Origin: Chloroflexota bacterium
Lineage (GTDB): Bacteria > Chloroflexota > Dehalococcoidia > E44-bin15
Length of the DNA: 64,000 bases
Reading direction: 5' to 3'
Assembly (NCBI GenBank): GCA_030626475.1
Contig: DAOUOW010000001.1
Coordinates: forward strand, 108-64,107
The stretch's first letter is position 1, and each line of letters opens with the position of its first letter. Below, piece after piece: positions 49,345-59,414 of the stretch. The notes under the pieces are model-generated. The model searched no databases and was not told the DNA's origin. It worked only from the letters and a program-made list of their open reading frames with translations. A program made the position numbers and the translations under genes.

Positions 49345-49580
49345 TCCTTGGCCTCCAATGAGGCGCTTTCCTCGGTCAGTTCAGGCTTTGGGGCCTCGAT
49401 CTCGGTTACCGCTAATGTCCAACCGATCCAGAATGACAGTGCCAGCACTGCCAGGAAGCCGATCGCTACCGGAATCGCAACCGCCCAGTAGTTGCGGAGA
49501 GCAATCCCCCAGATGAAAGCGACCCCCACCAAAACAGTTCCCAAACAGATCACAACGCCTACTGTTCGAGACTTCTCCAT
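49341..49580 (-). CDS. Small membrane protein (2 TM helices)
   Basis: 79 aa with two hydrophobic helices and an acidic tail. Confidence 0.4.
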   Translation of the reverse strand: MEKSRTVGVVICLGTVLVGVAFIWGIALRNYWAVAIPVAIGFLAVLALSFWIGWTLAVTEIEAPKPELTEESASLEAKD

Positions 49581-49600
49581 GCTTTATCATACCTCCTATT

Positions 49601-49783
49601 CTAACTGTGGAGCTGTGGCGGAAGCAGGTTGGGAATGCTATCCTCTATGGGATAGCTTACCAAGCATTTATTGCAGTAAAGAGAACCCTTGATCACTTCT
49701 CTTTCATCTTCTTCTTCAATGCTAAGTTCAAGGGAGCCCTTGCACAGCGGGCAAGCCAGGGTCTCCATGAGGTCTTTTTTCAT
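49601..49783 (-). CDS. Trm112-like protein (UPF0434/DUF343)
   Basis: ACPLCKG...YCNKC...YPIEDSIPNLL zinc-ribbon pattern. 60 aa. Confidence 0.65.
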   Translation of the reverse strand: MKKDLMETLACPLCKGSLELSIEEEDEREVIKGSLYCNKCLVSYPIEDSIPNLLPPQLHS

Positions 49784-49928
49784 TATCCCTCCTGTGTTAA
49801 AGGCTTAGGGCAAATAGAATTCTACTTGATAGGGACTCGCCCCGTCAATATCGGCTCTCTCTGCCTTGACATTGCACTTCCCACACCGATAGAATGCCAG
49901 GGCTAGCATGGATTAAAAGGGGGACAAC

Positions 49929-50891
49929 GTGAAAAGGACGAGGGTCTGCGATCTGCTGGGCATCGACTATCCCATCATCCAAGGGGGGATGGCATGGGTT
50001 GCCAACGCTGAACTCGCTGCCGCCGTTTCCAACGCCGGGGCGCTGGGGATACTCAGTCCCAATGCTGGCATGAAGCTTGAAGCGGATGTGGTAGAGCATC
50101 TCAGGAGCCAAATAACAAAGACGAAAGGACTCACCGATAAGCCTTTTGGGGTGAACCTGCCGGTGCTGATTCCCGAGATCAAGGAGCTGATCGATGTACT
50201 GGTGAGCGAGGGGGTAAAGGTGGTCACCACCTCAGCGGGCAGCCCTGCCCCTTATACCGGCCTGCTGAAAGAGGGTGGGGTCACGGTTCTCCATGTAGCA
50301 GCCTCGGTGAGGCATGCCCTGAGCGCTGAGAGACAGGGTGTGGATGCCGTTATCGCCGAGGGGTATGAAGCTGGGGGGCACAACGGCTTCGATGAGCTGC
50401 CGACCATGGTCCTGGTCCCCCAGGTGGTGGACGCAGTGAGCGTTCCTGTGATAGCGGCGGGGGGCATCGCCGATGCCCGAGGCGTTGTCGCCGCCCTGGC
50501 TCTGGGTGCTGAGGGGGTTCAGATAGGCACTCGCTTTGTCGCCACCCATGAATGCATCGCCCATCAGAACTTCAAGGATGGCGTTGTGAACGCCAGCGAC
50601 ACCGGCACCATCATCACAGTGCGAAAGCTCGGTCCCGCCAGGGTATTAAAAGGCGAGTTTGCCTCCAAACTACAGGAGATGGAGGGCAGGGGGGCAACGC
50701 CTGAGGAGTTTCTGGCCTTCATAGGCATTGCCCGGGCGCGAACCGGGGAACTGGACGGCAACTTGATCGATGGCGAGGCATATTGCGGTGCCATAGCCGG
50801 GATGATCAAGGAGATCGTGAGTGCCGGCGATGTGGTGCGTGACATCGTGGAAGGCTATGCACAGGTGGTGGCAGGGCTAAAGGCGGATTAG
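49929..50891 (+). CDS. Nitronate monooxygenase family / enoyl-ACP reductase FabK-like FMN oxidoreductase
   Basis: DYPIIQGGMAWV motif and a TIM-barrel FMN pattern. 320 aa. Confidence 0.75.
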   Translation: MKRTRVCDLLGIDYPIIQGGMAWVANAELAAAVSNAGALGILSPNAGMKLEADVVEHLRSQITKTKGLTDKPFGVNLPVLIPEIKELIDVLVSEGVKVVTTSAGSPAPYTGLLKEGGVTVLHVAASVRHALSAERQGVDAVIAEGYEAGGHNGFDELPTMVLVPQVVDAVSVPVIAAGGIADARGVVAALALGAEGVQIGTRFVATHECIAHQNFKDGVVNASDTGTIITVRKLGPARVLKGEFASKLQEMEGRGATPEEFLAFIGIARARTGELDGNLIDGEAYCGAIAGMIKEIVSAGDVVRDIVEGYAQVVAGLKAD

Positions 50892-50913
50892 CGCAGATTC
50901 GTCCTTCTCCTGC

Positions 50914-52143
50914 CTACTGCTCTGCCTTGCTTTCCTGAATCAGACTCTCTCCATATTCCAGGAGCACCTTGCCATCCAGGCGCGTCTTCTTCGAATCCAG
51001 ATAGACCTTGAGCGCCTCCAATGGTGTCATCGCCTCGGCAGACCAGCCTGCCATCCGCGTACGGCGTTCTCGCTCCACTCCCCTGGCGATGGCGGCGATG
51101 AAGTGAGCATCTTTGAGCGCCTTGCGGACCTCCCCCTCCTGCAGCATCCCCTCCAGCCGCTCCGGGATTTTCACCTGAAGGCGCACTACGGCGTCCTTGA
51201 TCTCTCGCTCGCGGCGTTCGATGGCGCGCAGCACTGCCTGGGTGGGGTCTTGCTCCTCGGGGCTGACATCAACCTTGATGGTGAGAAACGGGCGCGCCTT
51301 CACCGCGTGGAAGTCGAAGGACACTTCCCCTTTTCGCTCTATCTCCACCAAGAAGAACCCCTTATCATCCTCCTCCTCGCTGAAGTCGATGCATTGCAGG
51401 CTGCCGGGGTAGACCACCGGCGGATTGTCGGAGAGGACCTGCTTCCTGTGGATGTGTCCCAAAGCAACGTAGTCAAAGGCGGGGTTGGCAACAACGCTGT
51501 GGAGCAGCACGTAGTCGTGGCCCATTATCATGCTCCGCTCCGAACCATACCTGGCATTGGACAGGGAAACATGGGCGGCAAGGATGGCGGGCAAGTTTGA
51601 GTCCAGCGTCTCGACCTCCACCCTGAGGCGCTCGGTCAGTATCTGCTCCAGCCTGTCATTGATCTCATCGAGGGTGAGATTCTTTGTCTCCTCCCTGGAG
51701 AGCAGGGCGCTTCTCCTCGCCCAGGGCAGGGCCACGATCTGGATAACCCCACCCTTTGTTTCCGCGCGGTAAGTCCCGGCGGTATTGGCCACGATAACAT
51801 TTTCAATCTCCAGCGTGCGGAAAATCTCCATCGTTGTGGCGCGGCCGAAGGCACTGGGGAGGTCGTGGTTGCCGATGAGAAGGAAGACGGGGATGCCGCC
51901 CGATGCCAGCCTCCAGATGCGGCGGGCAAACTCTCGCTGGTGGGTCTGGGAGGGCTCGCGGCTCTTGTAAGCATCGCCGCAGAAGAGCACCAGGTCAACA
52001 TCCTGGCTCAGGGCGTATTCCACCACCTCATCGAAGGTGGAGAGGAAGTCGTGGAAGCGCCACGAGAGCCCGGTCTCGGTGTTGACGCCCCCGCTGTAGT
52101 TCTCCACCCCGAGGTGCAGGTCGGCGAAATGAAGGATTCTCAT
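50914..52143 (-). CDS. sbcD: DNA repair exonuclease SbcD / Mre11 family
   Basis: MRILHFADLHLG calcineurin-like phosphoesterase N-terminus, with GDAYKS and GNHD motifs. 409 aa. Confidence 0.8.
   Translation of the reverse strand: MRILHFADLHLGVENYSGGVNTETGLSWRFHDFLSTFDEVVEYALSQDVDLVLFCGDAYKSREPSQTHQREFARRIWRLASGGIPVFLLIGNHDLPSAFGRATTMEIFRTLEIENVIVANTAGTYRAETKGGVIQIVALPWARRSALLSREETKNLTLDEINDRLEQILTERLRVEVETLDSNLPAILAAHVSLSNARYGSERSMIMGHDYVLLHSVVANPAFDYVALGHIHRKQVLSDNPPVVYPGSLQCIDFSEEEDDKGFFLVEIERKGEVSFDFHAVKARPFLTIKVDVSPEEQDPTQAVLRAIERREREIKDAVVRLQVKIPERLEGMLQEGEVRKALKDAHFIAAIARGVERERRTRMAGWSAEAMTPLEALKVYLDSKKTRLDGKVLLEYGESLIQESKAEQ
52093..52143. repeat. 51-bp perfect direct repeat, copy 1 (the native sbcD start region)
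   Basis: gctgtagttctccaccccgaggtgcaggtcggcgaaatgaaggattctcat is identical to 52667..52717. Confidence 0.8.
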
Positions 52144-52173
52144 TGTCTCAAGCGAAGAGAGGCATTATAGGAA

Positions 52174-52406
52174 TTACGTTCGACCGATAGATTGCAAAAA
52201 CTCTTCCTCGGCAATCTCAAGCTGTCTTAGGATGTCGGAGAGCAAGTAACGGCTGATAGTCTTAGCAGGGTGAATGGGAATCGGGGCGCGGCGACAGTCC
52301 CGATGATGAAATATTGCTGACCACCCTTTTGTCGCACCCTCTCGAACCCCAGCGCCTGAAGTCCCCTGATAACTTCTCGAGTTTTAAGTGAGGGTGGCTT
52401 TGTCAT
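52174..52406 (-). pseudogene. hicA: hicA-like toxin gene, apparently frameshifted
   Basis: The ATG overlaps the hicB stop in an ATGA arrangement. The N-terminal half (MTKPPSLKTREVIRGLQALGFERVRQKG) is in one frame. The HicA-like C-terminal half (FHHRDCRRAPIPIHPAKTISRYLLSDILRQLEIAEEEFL) lies in the adjacent frame, switching near an AAAAGGG run. Confidence 0.5.
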
Positions 52407-52615
52407 ACCGCAATAGTAACCTGTCTGGTACCAACTTCCTGCGGGATTTCCTCGCCGCGGTCTTTGCGGTATTCAAGGCAAAGCTCGAGCGCCTCTTTAA
52501 TATTAGCCAGGCATTCTTCATAGGTCTTGCCCTGGGCGTGGGCTTCCGGAATAAGAGGGCAGCTAGCTATATAGAATCCGTCGGGTGCCTTCCTGATGAT
52601 GACAGTGTATTCCAT
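52403..52615 (-). CDS. hicB: HicB-family antitoxin (UPF0150)
   Basis: MEYTVIIRKAPDGFYIASCPLIPEAHAQGKTYEECLANIKEALELCLEY is a HicB N-domain. The six-frame ORF continues upstream in-frame to 52717, where it borrows the duplicated first 17 codons of sbcD. Confidence 0.65.
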   Translation of the reverse strand: MEYTVIIRKAPDGFYIASCPLIPEAHAQGKTYEECLANIKEALELCLEYRKDRGEEIPQEVGTRQVTIAV

Positions 52616-52666
52616 ACCCACCTCTACAGCGTATATTATAGCACAGTTGCGGTGAAGGTGCCCAGA

Positions 52667-52717
52667 GCTGTAGTTCTCCACCCCGAGGTGCAGGTCGGCG
52701 AAATGAAGGATTCTCAT
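52667..52717. repeat. 51-bp perfect direct repeat, copy 2 (duplicated sbcD 5' end fused to hicB)
   Basis: Identical to 52093..52143, and includes the sbcD ATG plus 16 codons. Confidence 0.8.
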
Positions 52718-52721
52718 GCGG

Positions 52722-53108
52722 TCAATCCAAAAGCCTCTTCTCGCCCTCTATGGTCTTGATGTCCGTTATATCCTGGGTGACCTCAAGGCAACCGATGTAG
52801 CTCCCCGACTTGTCCCTGACGGGGAAGTAGCGTATCAATATCATCCGCCCCTTGAGGTTGATCCAGAACTGGGCAACATCCCTTTTCCCTGCCTTAAAAT
52901 CGTCAAGTATTTGCTGTACCTTATGCACGCTTTTCTGGGGATGGCAGTTCTGGACCTTCATGCCGATGACCGAAGGGGTCCTCCTGAAGATGCGCGCCTC
53001 TCCCTTGCTGTAGTACATTACAATGTCGTCCTTATCGACAAAGGAGCATTCAATCGGCAGCGCATCGAAGATGTTGGCGATGGTCTCAGTTGACAGTTTG
53101 TCCAGCAT
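52722..53108 (-). CDS. PAS-domain protein (stand-alone)
   Basis: 128 aa with a PAS-like core (FVDKDDIVMYYS...NCHP...LEVTQDIT). Confidence 0.55.
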   Translation of the reverse strand: MLDKLSTETIANIFDALPIECSFVDKDDIVMYYSKGEARIFRRTPSVIGMKVQNCHPQKSVHKVQQILDDFKAGKRDVAQFWINLKGRMILIRYFPVRDKSGSYIGCLEVTQDITDIKTIEGEKRLLD

Positions 53109-53400
53109 GGTCCTCCTCCTTTGGTGATTGAGCCGCCAGCCGCTTCGAGACCTCGGCCTGGCTCAGCCCGCTGACGCCGATGACCTTCCTCCTGCTGGCA
53201 GCGCCCTTCTCCAGCGTTATGCTGCCCCTGCTCACCTTCAGAAGCTGGCTCAGGAACTCGATAAGCTCCCTGTTTGCCCTGCCCTTCACCGGCGGCGCTG
53301 CGATTTTGACCTTCAGCACGCCATCCTCAAACCCCAGCACCTCATTGCACCTGGCGTTGGGCTGGACCTGGACGGTGATATTAGTCTCCTTCAGCCTCAA
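53086..53400 (-). CDS. DUF167 (YggU/UPF0235) family protein
   Basis: ITVQVQPNARCNEV...GVLKVKIAAPPVKGRANRELIEFL...ITLEKGAASRRKVIGV matches the DUF167 pattern. Confidence 0.65.
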   Translation of the reverse strand: MRLKETNITVQVQPNARCNEVLGFEDGVLKVKIAAPPVKGRANRELIEFLSQLLKVSRGSITLEKGAASRRKVIGVSGLSQAEVSKRLAAQSPKEEDHAGQTVN

Positions 53401-53447
53401 ATCCTATGATACCCCCTTGAGCGGAGGCCTGCCGAATGAGAAAGTTG

Positions 53448-54545
53448 TCACAGAATTCTTCCAAACCGAAACAGAGTGCCCACGGTCATGACTTTATTCT
53501 GCAACTCAACAGACTTACCTGTGAGCACATCCTCGAAAATGTATCTATCAATGTTGTTTTCACCAATTAGGTCTGTACCCACCCGCCTAAGTTCAACTAT
53601 TATAAATAGTGCCCTTCGCACAATATCTTCCAGTTGAAGCACGTTAGAGATAAACCACTGCCTAGCTTCGTTCCTAGTCCTTCTTGCACCATGTACCAAG
53701 TTACTTCGGTGCCCGTACGCCTCCTTGATGAAACCGACAGTTTTGTACAGATTTGCGCTACCAAATTCCAATATACAGCTTGTCCTATATGCCAACTTGA
53801 AACGAATACTTTCTGGACCTTGGCTAAATAAAGACTCGAGGCAGGTGATAAGGTTCAGACCCCTCTCAATAGCATCAGCCTTGTAAAATGAGTCTCGGAA
53901 TATCTCCATGGGAACCTGATAAGGAGCTAAATCCGCAGTAGATACTTCATCTGCCAACCTAGTCAGAAAATCGCAGTCCTGCTCTGTAAGTTTAACTATA
54001 ACGCTCTCCCCATAAGGCTCAGGCATTGGCTGATCAAGCCCGCTCCGGGATACCGCATTTCTATCGCCCCCTTGAAGTTTAGCAGGGAGCATTATGATTC
54101 TCGCTTTCGTGCCAAGCCGCAGTGGTAGGATGGCTCTTTCGAGTTCATCTCTTGCTTGACCACGGAAGACGCTCAGTGCAGCAGCGCCAGTAGCAACTAC
54201 CGATCCCGACCCAGATACAGCAACTCCCCCGGTATCTCCTTCGAGTGCACCACTCAGGCTATCCACTTCAATGTCAACAAGGTATTTGACAACATCTCTA
54301 TCAATTTGTCGCTGTCCTCCAACATCTTTGTACAAAGTAATATTCGCACCCGGGCTATGCCCAAAATCCTCCCCCGCGACGATCGGATTTTTGAAAACCC
54401 TGCCATCCCCCAAATACAGCTCATTAATGGCGGGAGGCAATTCTATTCCGAAGAGAGTTCCTATCAATGTCAGCCTCACCAAACCGCTCCCCTCTACGTT
54501 ATTCCAATAACAGCCCCGGGCCAGATTCAACGTCTCTCCACTCAC
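53448..54545 (-). CDS. Hypothetical protein with low GC, translationally coupled to glyQS
   Basis: 365 aa with no recognisable motif. The start overlaps the glyQS stop in an ATGA arrangement. GC is lower than in the neighbouring genes. Confidence 0.45.
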   Translation of the reverse strand: MSGETLNLARGCYWNNVEGSGLVRLTLIGTLFGIELPPAINELYLGDGRVFKNPIVAGEDFGHSPGANITLYKDVGGQRQIDRDVVKYLVDIEVDSLSGALEGDTGGVAVSGSGSVVATGAAALSVFRGQARDELERAILPLRLGTKARIIMLPAKLQGGDRNAVSRSGLDQPMPEPYGESVIVKLTEQDCDFLTRLADEVSTADLAPYQVPMEIFRDSFYKADAIERGLNLITCLESLFSQGPESIRFKLAYRTSCILEFGSANLYKTVGFIKEAYGHRSNLVHGARRTRNEARQWFISNVLQLEDIVRRALFIIVELRRVGTDLIGENNIDRYIFEDVLTGKSVELQNKVMTVGTLFRFGRIL

Positions 54546-55942
54546 CCCTCAAATCCAAGCCAGTAGCTGCCGCCGGGGGGGAGGACTTCCAGGGGCTCGC
54601 CGGCAAGCTTGGCTGCCAGGCTGTTCCTTAGCTCGGCTACCGGCACCCTTATCTGCTTCATGCTGTCGCGGTCGCGGATGGTTACCTGGTTGTCTTCCAG
54701 CGATTGAAAGTCTATGGTGACGCACAAGGGGGTGCCGATCTCGTCCTGCCTGCGGTAGCGCCTGCCAATGCTCTGGGCATCATCGTACTGGGTCATGAAG
54801 CGCTGGCGCAGGTCGGCGTAGACTTCACTGGCCATGGGGAGCAGCGCCTCGTTGCGGCTCAAGGGGAGGATGGCAACCTTCACCGGCGCCAGGTCGGGAT
54901 GGAGGCGGAGGAGGACCCTGATCTCATCCTTGTCCGGCTCCTCATCGTAGGCATCGACGAGGAAGGCGAGGGCAGAGCGGTCCACTCCCGCCGAGGGCTC
55001 GATGACATAGGGGATGTAGCGCTCCTCGCTGTCGGGGTCAAAGTAGCTGAGGTCGCGGCCGCTGGATTGCCAGTGCTGGGTGAGGTCGAAATCGCCCCTG
55101 TTGGCGATGCCCTCCAGCTCCGCCCACCCCATGGGGAAAAGGTAATCGATATCGTAGCAATCGCGGGCATAGTGGGCTAGCTCATCCTTGGCATGCTGGC
55201 GGAGGCGGAGGTTCTCCTTGCTGATGCCCAGCTTGACATACCAGTTCAAGCGCTCCTCAAGCCAGTATTTGAGCCACTCCTCATCAGTTCCCGGCTTGAC
55301 AAAGAACTCCACCTCCATCATCTCAAACTCGCGGCTTCTGAAGATGAAGTTGCCGGCGGTGATCTCGTTCCTGAAGGCTTTGCCGATCTGGGCGATGCCG
55401 AAGGGCAGCTTCTTCCTCGCCGTATCCAGTATATTGGCGAAGTTGACGAATATGCCCTGCGCCGTCTCCGGGCGCAGATAGACCACCTGCGCCTCCTCCT
55501 CAACGGCGCCGAAGAAGGTCTTGAACATCAGGTTGAACATGCGCGGCTCGGTGAGCTCGCCGCCACAGTCGGGGCATTTGCCATCCTTGGCTTCGTCGGC
55601 GCGCCACCGCTGATGGCAGGCCTTGCATTCCACCAATGGGTCCTTAAACCCCTCCACGTGCCCGCTGGCAACCCATGTCCTGGGGTGCATCATGATGCTG
55701 GAGTCCAGACCCACCATGTCATCCCTTTCCTGAACCATAGAGCGCCACCAGGCGTCCTTAATATTACGCTTTAGCTCGATTCCCAGCGGTCCATAGTCCC
55801 AGCAAGCGGAGAGCCCGCCATAAATCTCGCTGGAAGGGAAGATAAAGCCCCGCCGCTTGCAAAGTGAGACCAGCTTCTCCATATCAACCTTGCTTGTCAC
55901 TCCATGCTCCTGAGGTAAGGTTTTTGCAGATGGGCTTAGCAA
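54542..55942 (-). CDS. glyQS: Glycine--tRNA ligase, dimeric (archaeal/eukaryotic-type GlyRS)
   Basis: Class II aaRS motifs and [25 protein letters not shown]. 466 aa. Confidence 0.85.
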   Translation of the reverse strand: MLSPSAKTLPQEHGVTSKVDMEKLVSLCKRRGFIFPSSEIYGGLSACWDYGPLGIELKRNIKDAWWRSMVQERDDMVGLDSSIMMHPRTWVASGHVEGFKDPLVECKACHQRWRADEAKDGKCPDCGGELTEPRMFNLMFKTFFGAVEEEAQVVYLRPETAQGIFVNFANILDTARKKLPFGIAQIGKAFRNEITAGNFIFRSREFEMMEVEFFVKPGTDEEWLKYWLEERLNWYVKLGISKENLRLRQHAKDELAHYARDCYDIDYLFPMGWAELEGIANRGDFDLTQHWQSSGRDLSYFDPDSEERYIPYVIEPSAGVDRSALAFLVDAYDEEPDKDEIRVLLRLHPDLAPVKVAILPLSRNEALLPMASEVYADLRQRFMTQYDDAQSIGRRYRRQDEIGTPLCVTIDFQSLEDNQVTIRDRDSMKQIRVPVAELRNSLAAKLAGEPLEVLPPGGSYWLGFEG

Positions 55943-56010
55943 AAGTTACCAGTTTTGCCGTCAAATGTCAAAGACTTGACACGGGCAGTGGAAATAGCCA
56001 AAAATAGGGG

Positions 56011-56643
56011 TTGATGATTTTAAGAGCGCTAGAACTGGGCATGTTCGCCTCCAACTGCTATATTGTGGGGTCGGAGGCGACCAAGGAAGGCATGATCATC
56101 GACCCCGGCGCTGAAGGCGATTCCATACTGGAGCATGTGACAGAGCTTGGACTTGACATAAAGCTCATCGTGGTTACCCATGCCCATATCGATCACATTG
56201 GGGCGCTGCGTGCGGTCAAGGAGGCCACCGGGGCCACATTCGCCATCCATGAGGCAGACGCTAACCAGAAAGTATTGCAGGGCATGGCTCGCATGATGGG
56301 GATGGTGTCTCGCTCCTCTAGTCCGCTGCCGAAGCCAGATAGATTGCTTAAGGAAGGCGACACTTTAGAGATTGGTGACCTGAGCTTCACCGTTATCCAT
56401 ACGCCGGGTCACAGCCCTGGGGGGATTTCCATTTACGGGCATGGTATAGTCTTCACCGGCGATACCCTGTTCAATTTTGGTATTGGCAGGACAGACTTCC
56501 CCGGCTGCAGCCATGAAAAGCTGATGGACAGCATCAACAGCAAACTTATGACATTGCCCGATGAGACCGCAGTTCTCCCCGGTCACGGGCCGCACACCAC
56601 CATCGGCACCGAGCGCCGGTATAACCCCTTCCTGCGGGATTAA
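56011..56643 (+). CDS. MBL-fold metallo-hydrolase
   Basis: VVTHAHIDHIGA motif, and HTPGHSPG. 210 aa. Confidence 0.8.
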   Translation: MMILRALELGMFASNCYIVGSEATKEGMIIDPGAEGDSILEHVTELGLDIKLIVVTHAHIDHIGALRAVKEATGATFAIHEADANQKVLQGMARMMGMVSRSSSPLPKPDRLLKEGDTLEIGDLSFTVIHTPGHSPGGISIYGHGIVFTGDTLFNFGIGRTDFPGCSHEKLMDSINSKLMTLPDETAVLPGHGPHTTIGTERRYNPFLRD

Positions 56644-58685
56644 CCAAGGAGTCCGGTCACATCCACCAGGACCGGAGCCAAGACCAGCGATACTATGGAC
56701 ATCAACTTTATCATTATATTCAGGGACGGCCCCGAGGTATCCTTGAACGGGTCTCCCACGGTGTCACCGACCACTGCTGCCTTATGAGCATCCGACCCCT
56801 TCCCCCCGTAGCTACCCCTCTCTATCCACTTCTTGGCATTATCCCAGGAGCCGCCAGCGTTGGCCATCATTACCGCAATCAGGAATCCGCTAGCGATGGC
56901 CCCAATTAGAAACCCGGCTAACGCCACTGGCCCTAATACAAAGCCGATAATGATAGGAGCGGCCACGCACATCAAGCCAGGAGCGAGCATCTCCTTCAAA
57001 GCTGCCTTGGTGCAGATATCAACACACCTGCCATACTCAGGCCTGGCCTCACCTTCCCACAGCCCCTTTATCTCGCGGAACTGGCGGCGCACCTCATTTA
57101 TTATGTGGAACGAGGTTCTGCCCACCGCATTGAGGGTCATGGCACAGAAGACCGCCGGCAGCATGACACCCAGAAGTAGCCCCGCTATCACCCCGATATC
57201 CAATAGCTGGATCTCTTCGATGTCAATCCCCACTGCTTGAGTATAGGCTAACATGAGGGCCAGGGCGGTAAGGGCTGCTGACCCGATGGCAAATCCCTTG
57301 CCCGTTGCCGCAGTGGTATTGCCCAGGGAATCCAGGGCATCGGTGCGCTCTCTGATCTCCGGCGGCAGCCCTGACATCTCCACGATTCCACCAGCGTTAT
57401 CGGCCACAGGTCCGTAGGCATCGGTGGCTAGGGTGATGCCCAGTGTGGAAAGCATGCCGATGCCAGCAATGGCGATGCCGTAGATGTCGGCGAATTCGTG
57501 GGCCACGATGATGGCGATGACCACTATGATAATAGGGGGCATGGTGCTCAGGAGGCCATTGGCAAATCCTCTGGTTATATTCGTTCCCGCCCCTGTCTGG
57601 GAGGCCTCCGAGATGCGGCGCGTCGGCGAGTAGCTGTAAGAGGTGAAGTAGTTGGTGCTCTCCCCGATGAGGACGCCAGCAATGAGACCGGCGAGAACAG
57701 CCCACAGTATCCCCCAGTTAGCATCAAGAATATGTATCGCTAGCGCGGCAAAGCCGGCAGTCATAATCGATGCCGCAAAGGTGCCACGACGAAGGGCACC
57801 GAGCAGCGCCCTCATCTCCGGCTTTTCGCCCACCCGGACCAGGAAGACCCCGATAATCGAGGCTATTATCCCCCCTGTCGCTATCATCATCGGCAGCCAC
57901 CATGCCGTCTCCGCATCGGGAACCAGGGATTTATCCAAAGTGGTGGAGAAAACTGCTATCATGCCCAGCGCCATAGTAGCAATGATGGCGTCCACATAAG
58001 ACTCAAAGAGGTCGGCACCCATGCCAGCCACATCCCCCACATTATCGCCGACAAGGTCGGCGATGACAGCAGCATTCCTGGGGTCGTCCTCGGGGATACC
58101 CTTTTCCACCTTCCCCACCAGATCAGCCCCGGTATCCGCTGCCTTGGTATAGATGCCGCCGCCGACCCGGGCGAAGATAGCCACTGCTGACGCGCCGAAG
58201 CCAAAGCCGGGGATGATCTCAAGGAAATCGACTCTGTTATTGAAGGCGAAGTAAAGGATGCTCAAGCCCACGATGCCTATGCCGACGACGGTGATCCCCA
58301 TCACCGCGCCGCTGCGGAAGGAAACCCTCAGCCCCTGGTTCAGGCTAGTCTGGGCGGCGGCAGCCGTTCTGGCATTGGACCTTATCGCCATGTTCATTCC
58401 GATAAATCCAGCAAGCCCGGAACAGAGGGCGCCGAAAACGAAGGCTAAGGAAACCCACCAACCAAGATGGGGGATGAGTCCAAGAGCGATGGCCACAACC
58501 ACTACAAATACGGCCAGAGTTCGATATTCCCGCCCCAGGAAAGCCAGGGCGCCTTCCTTGATCGCCGCCGATATCTCCCTCATCCGCTCTGAGCCCTGAT
58601 CCTGCCTTAAGACGTAGGATGCCAAAAAGGCAGCAAAAGCAAGCCCCAGAACCCCTGCTATCACTGCCAGAAATATAGCATCCAT
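56640..58685 (-). CDS. hppA: Membrane-bound H+/Na+-translocating pyrophosphatase
   Basis: [19 protein letters not shown], and [17 protein letters not shown]. 681 aa, polytopic. Confidence 0.9.
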   Translation of the reverse strand: MDAIFLAVIAGVLGLAFAAFLASYVLRQDQGSERMREISAAIKEGALAFLGREYRTLAVFVVVVAIALGLIPHLGWWVSLAFVFGALCSGLAGFIGMNMAIRSNARTAAAAQTSLNQGLRVSFRSGAVMGITVVGIGIVGLSILYFAFNNRVDFLEIIPGFGFGASAVAIFARVGGGIYTKAADTGADLVGKVEKGIPEDDPRNAAVIADLVGDNVGDVAGMGADLFESYVDAIIATMALGMIAVFSTTLDKSLVPDAETAWWLPMMIATGGIIASIIGVFLVRVGEKPEMRALLGALRRGTFAASIMTAGFAALAIHILDANWGILWAVLAGLIAGVLIGESTNYFTSYSYSPTRRISEASQTGAGTNITRGFANGLLSTMPPIIIVVIAIIVAHEFADIYGIAIAGIGMLSTLGITLATDAYGPVADNAGGIVEMSGLPPEIRERTDALDSLGNTTAATGKGFAIGSAALTALALMLAYTQAVGIDIEEIQLLDIGVIAGLLLGVMLPAVFCAMTLNAVGRTSFHIINEVRRQFREIKGLWEGEARPEYGRCVDICTKAALKEMLAPGLMCVAAPIIIGFVLGPVALAGFLIGAIASGFLIAVMMANAGGSWDNAKKWIERGSYGGKGSDAHKAAVVGDTVGDPFKDTSGPSLNIMIKLMSIVSLVLAPVLVDVTGLLG

Positions 58686-58714
58686 ATATCGACCTCCTTA
58701 TACTTTTCTCGGTG

Positions 58715-59410
58715 CTAATCCCCCCTTTTTCGCCTACCCCCTCGAGGTGGCTTTTCGGGTTCTGGGAAAGGCTCCAGCCTCTGATTAAAGGAATCCAGTT
58801 TTTGCTCCAGTTCTCTCTGTCTCAAGCTGACGGTGAGGTCACCGCGGGTCCTCTCCAGAATGCCACGCACGATGTCAGTGGTTCTTCTCAGCCCCCCGGT
58901 TACAGCATCGGGGAAGTCCATGGTCACCAGCACCCCGTAGACGTCATCCATGATCGAAAGTAGCTCCTCGCAACGGGAGATCTCCCCCCTCCTGGTGCAA
59001 TCGAGGAGATGGCGGCGCAGTTCACCCACTGCTTCCCCCATCCCGTTGAGGTAAGAAGCGTAGCTCACGCCCAGCTCATCGGGGTCAGGAAAATCGCCTC
59101 CGGCGATCAGGGCGTGCGTGACGCAGCCCTCGACATATTCCTTCTGGGCATTGTAGACAAAACCAGCATCCAAGAGCTCCTGGTGCTTGCTCAGGGTCTT
59201 GTCTAGATCCCTAAGCAGGAGGCGGGCCGACGCCAGCAGGTTTTGAGACTCTTCATACTGGCCGCGGTGGACGGCGCGGATGGCGTTGGTAGAGTAGCGC
59301 AGAACCTCCCGGCACAGCTTAAGGGACTTCTCCCGGGCAGCATCCTTAGCAGCCAAATTTTTTCGCGCCTTCTCCCCGATTAGATCCAGCCTTTCTGTTA
59401 GTGTTCCCAT
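58715..59410 (-). CDS. Translin-family protein
   Basis: VSYASYLNGMGEAVGELRRHLLD...IMDDVYGVL aligns by eye to the translin SYSDYLLGVSDLTGELMRF...NELDSGFRLL region. 231 aa. Confidence 0.6.
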   Translation of the reverse strand: MGTLTERLDLIGEKARKNLAAKDAAREKSLKLCREVLRYSTNAIRAVHRGQYEESQNLLASARLLLRDLDKTLSKHQELLDAGFVYNAQKEYVEGCVTHALIAGGDFPDPDELGVSYASYLNGMGEAVGELRRHLLDCTRRGEISRCEELLSIMDDVYGVLVTMDFPDAVTGGLRRTTDIVRGILERTRGDLTVSLRQRELEQKLDSFNQRLEPFPEPEKPPRGGRRKRGD

Positions 59411-59414
59411 TTAT

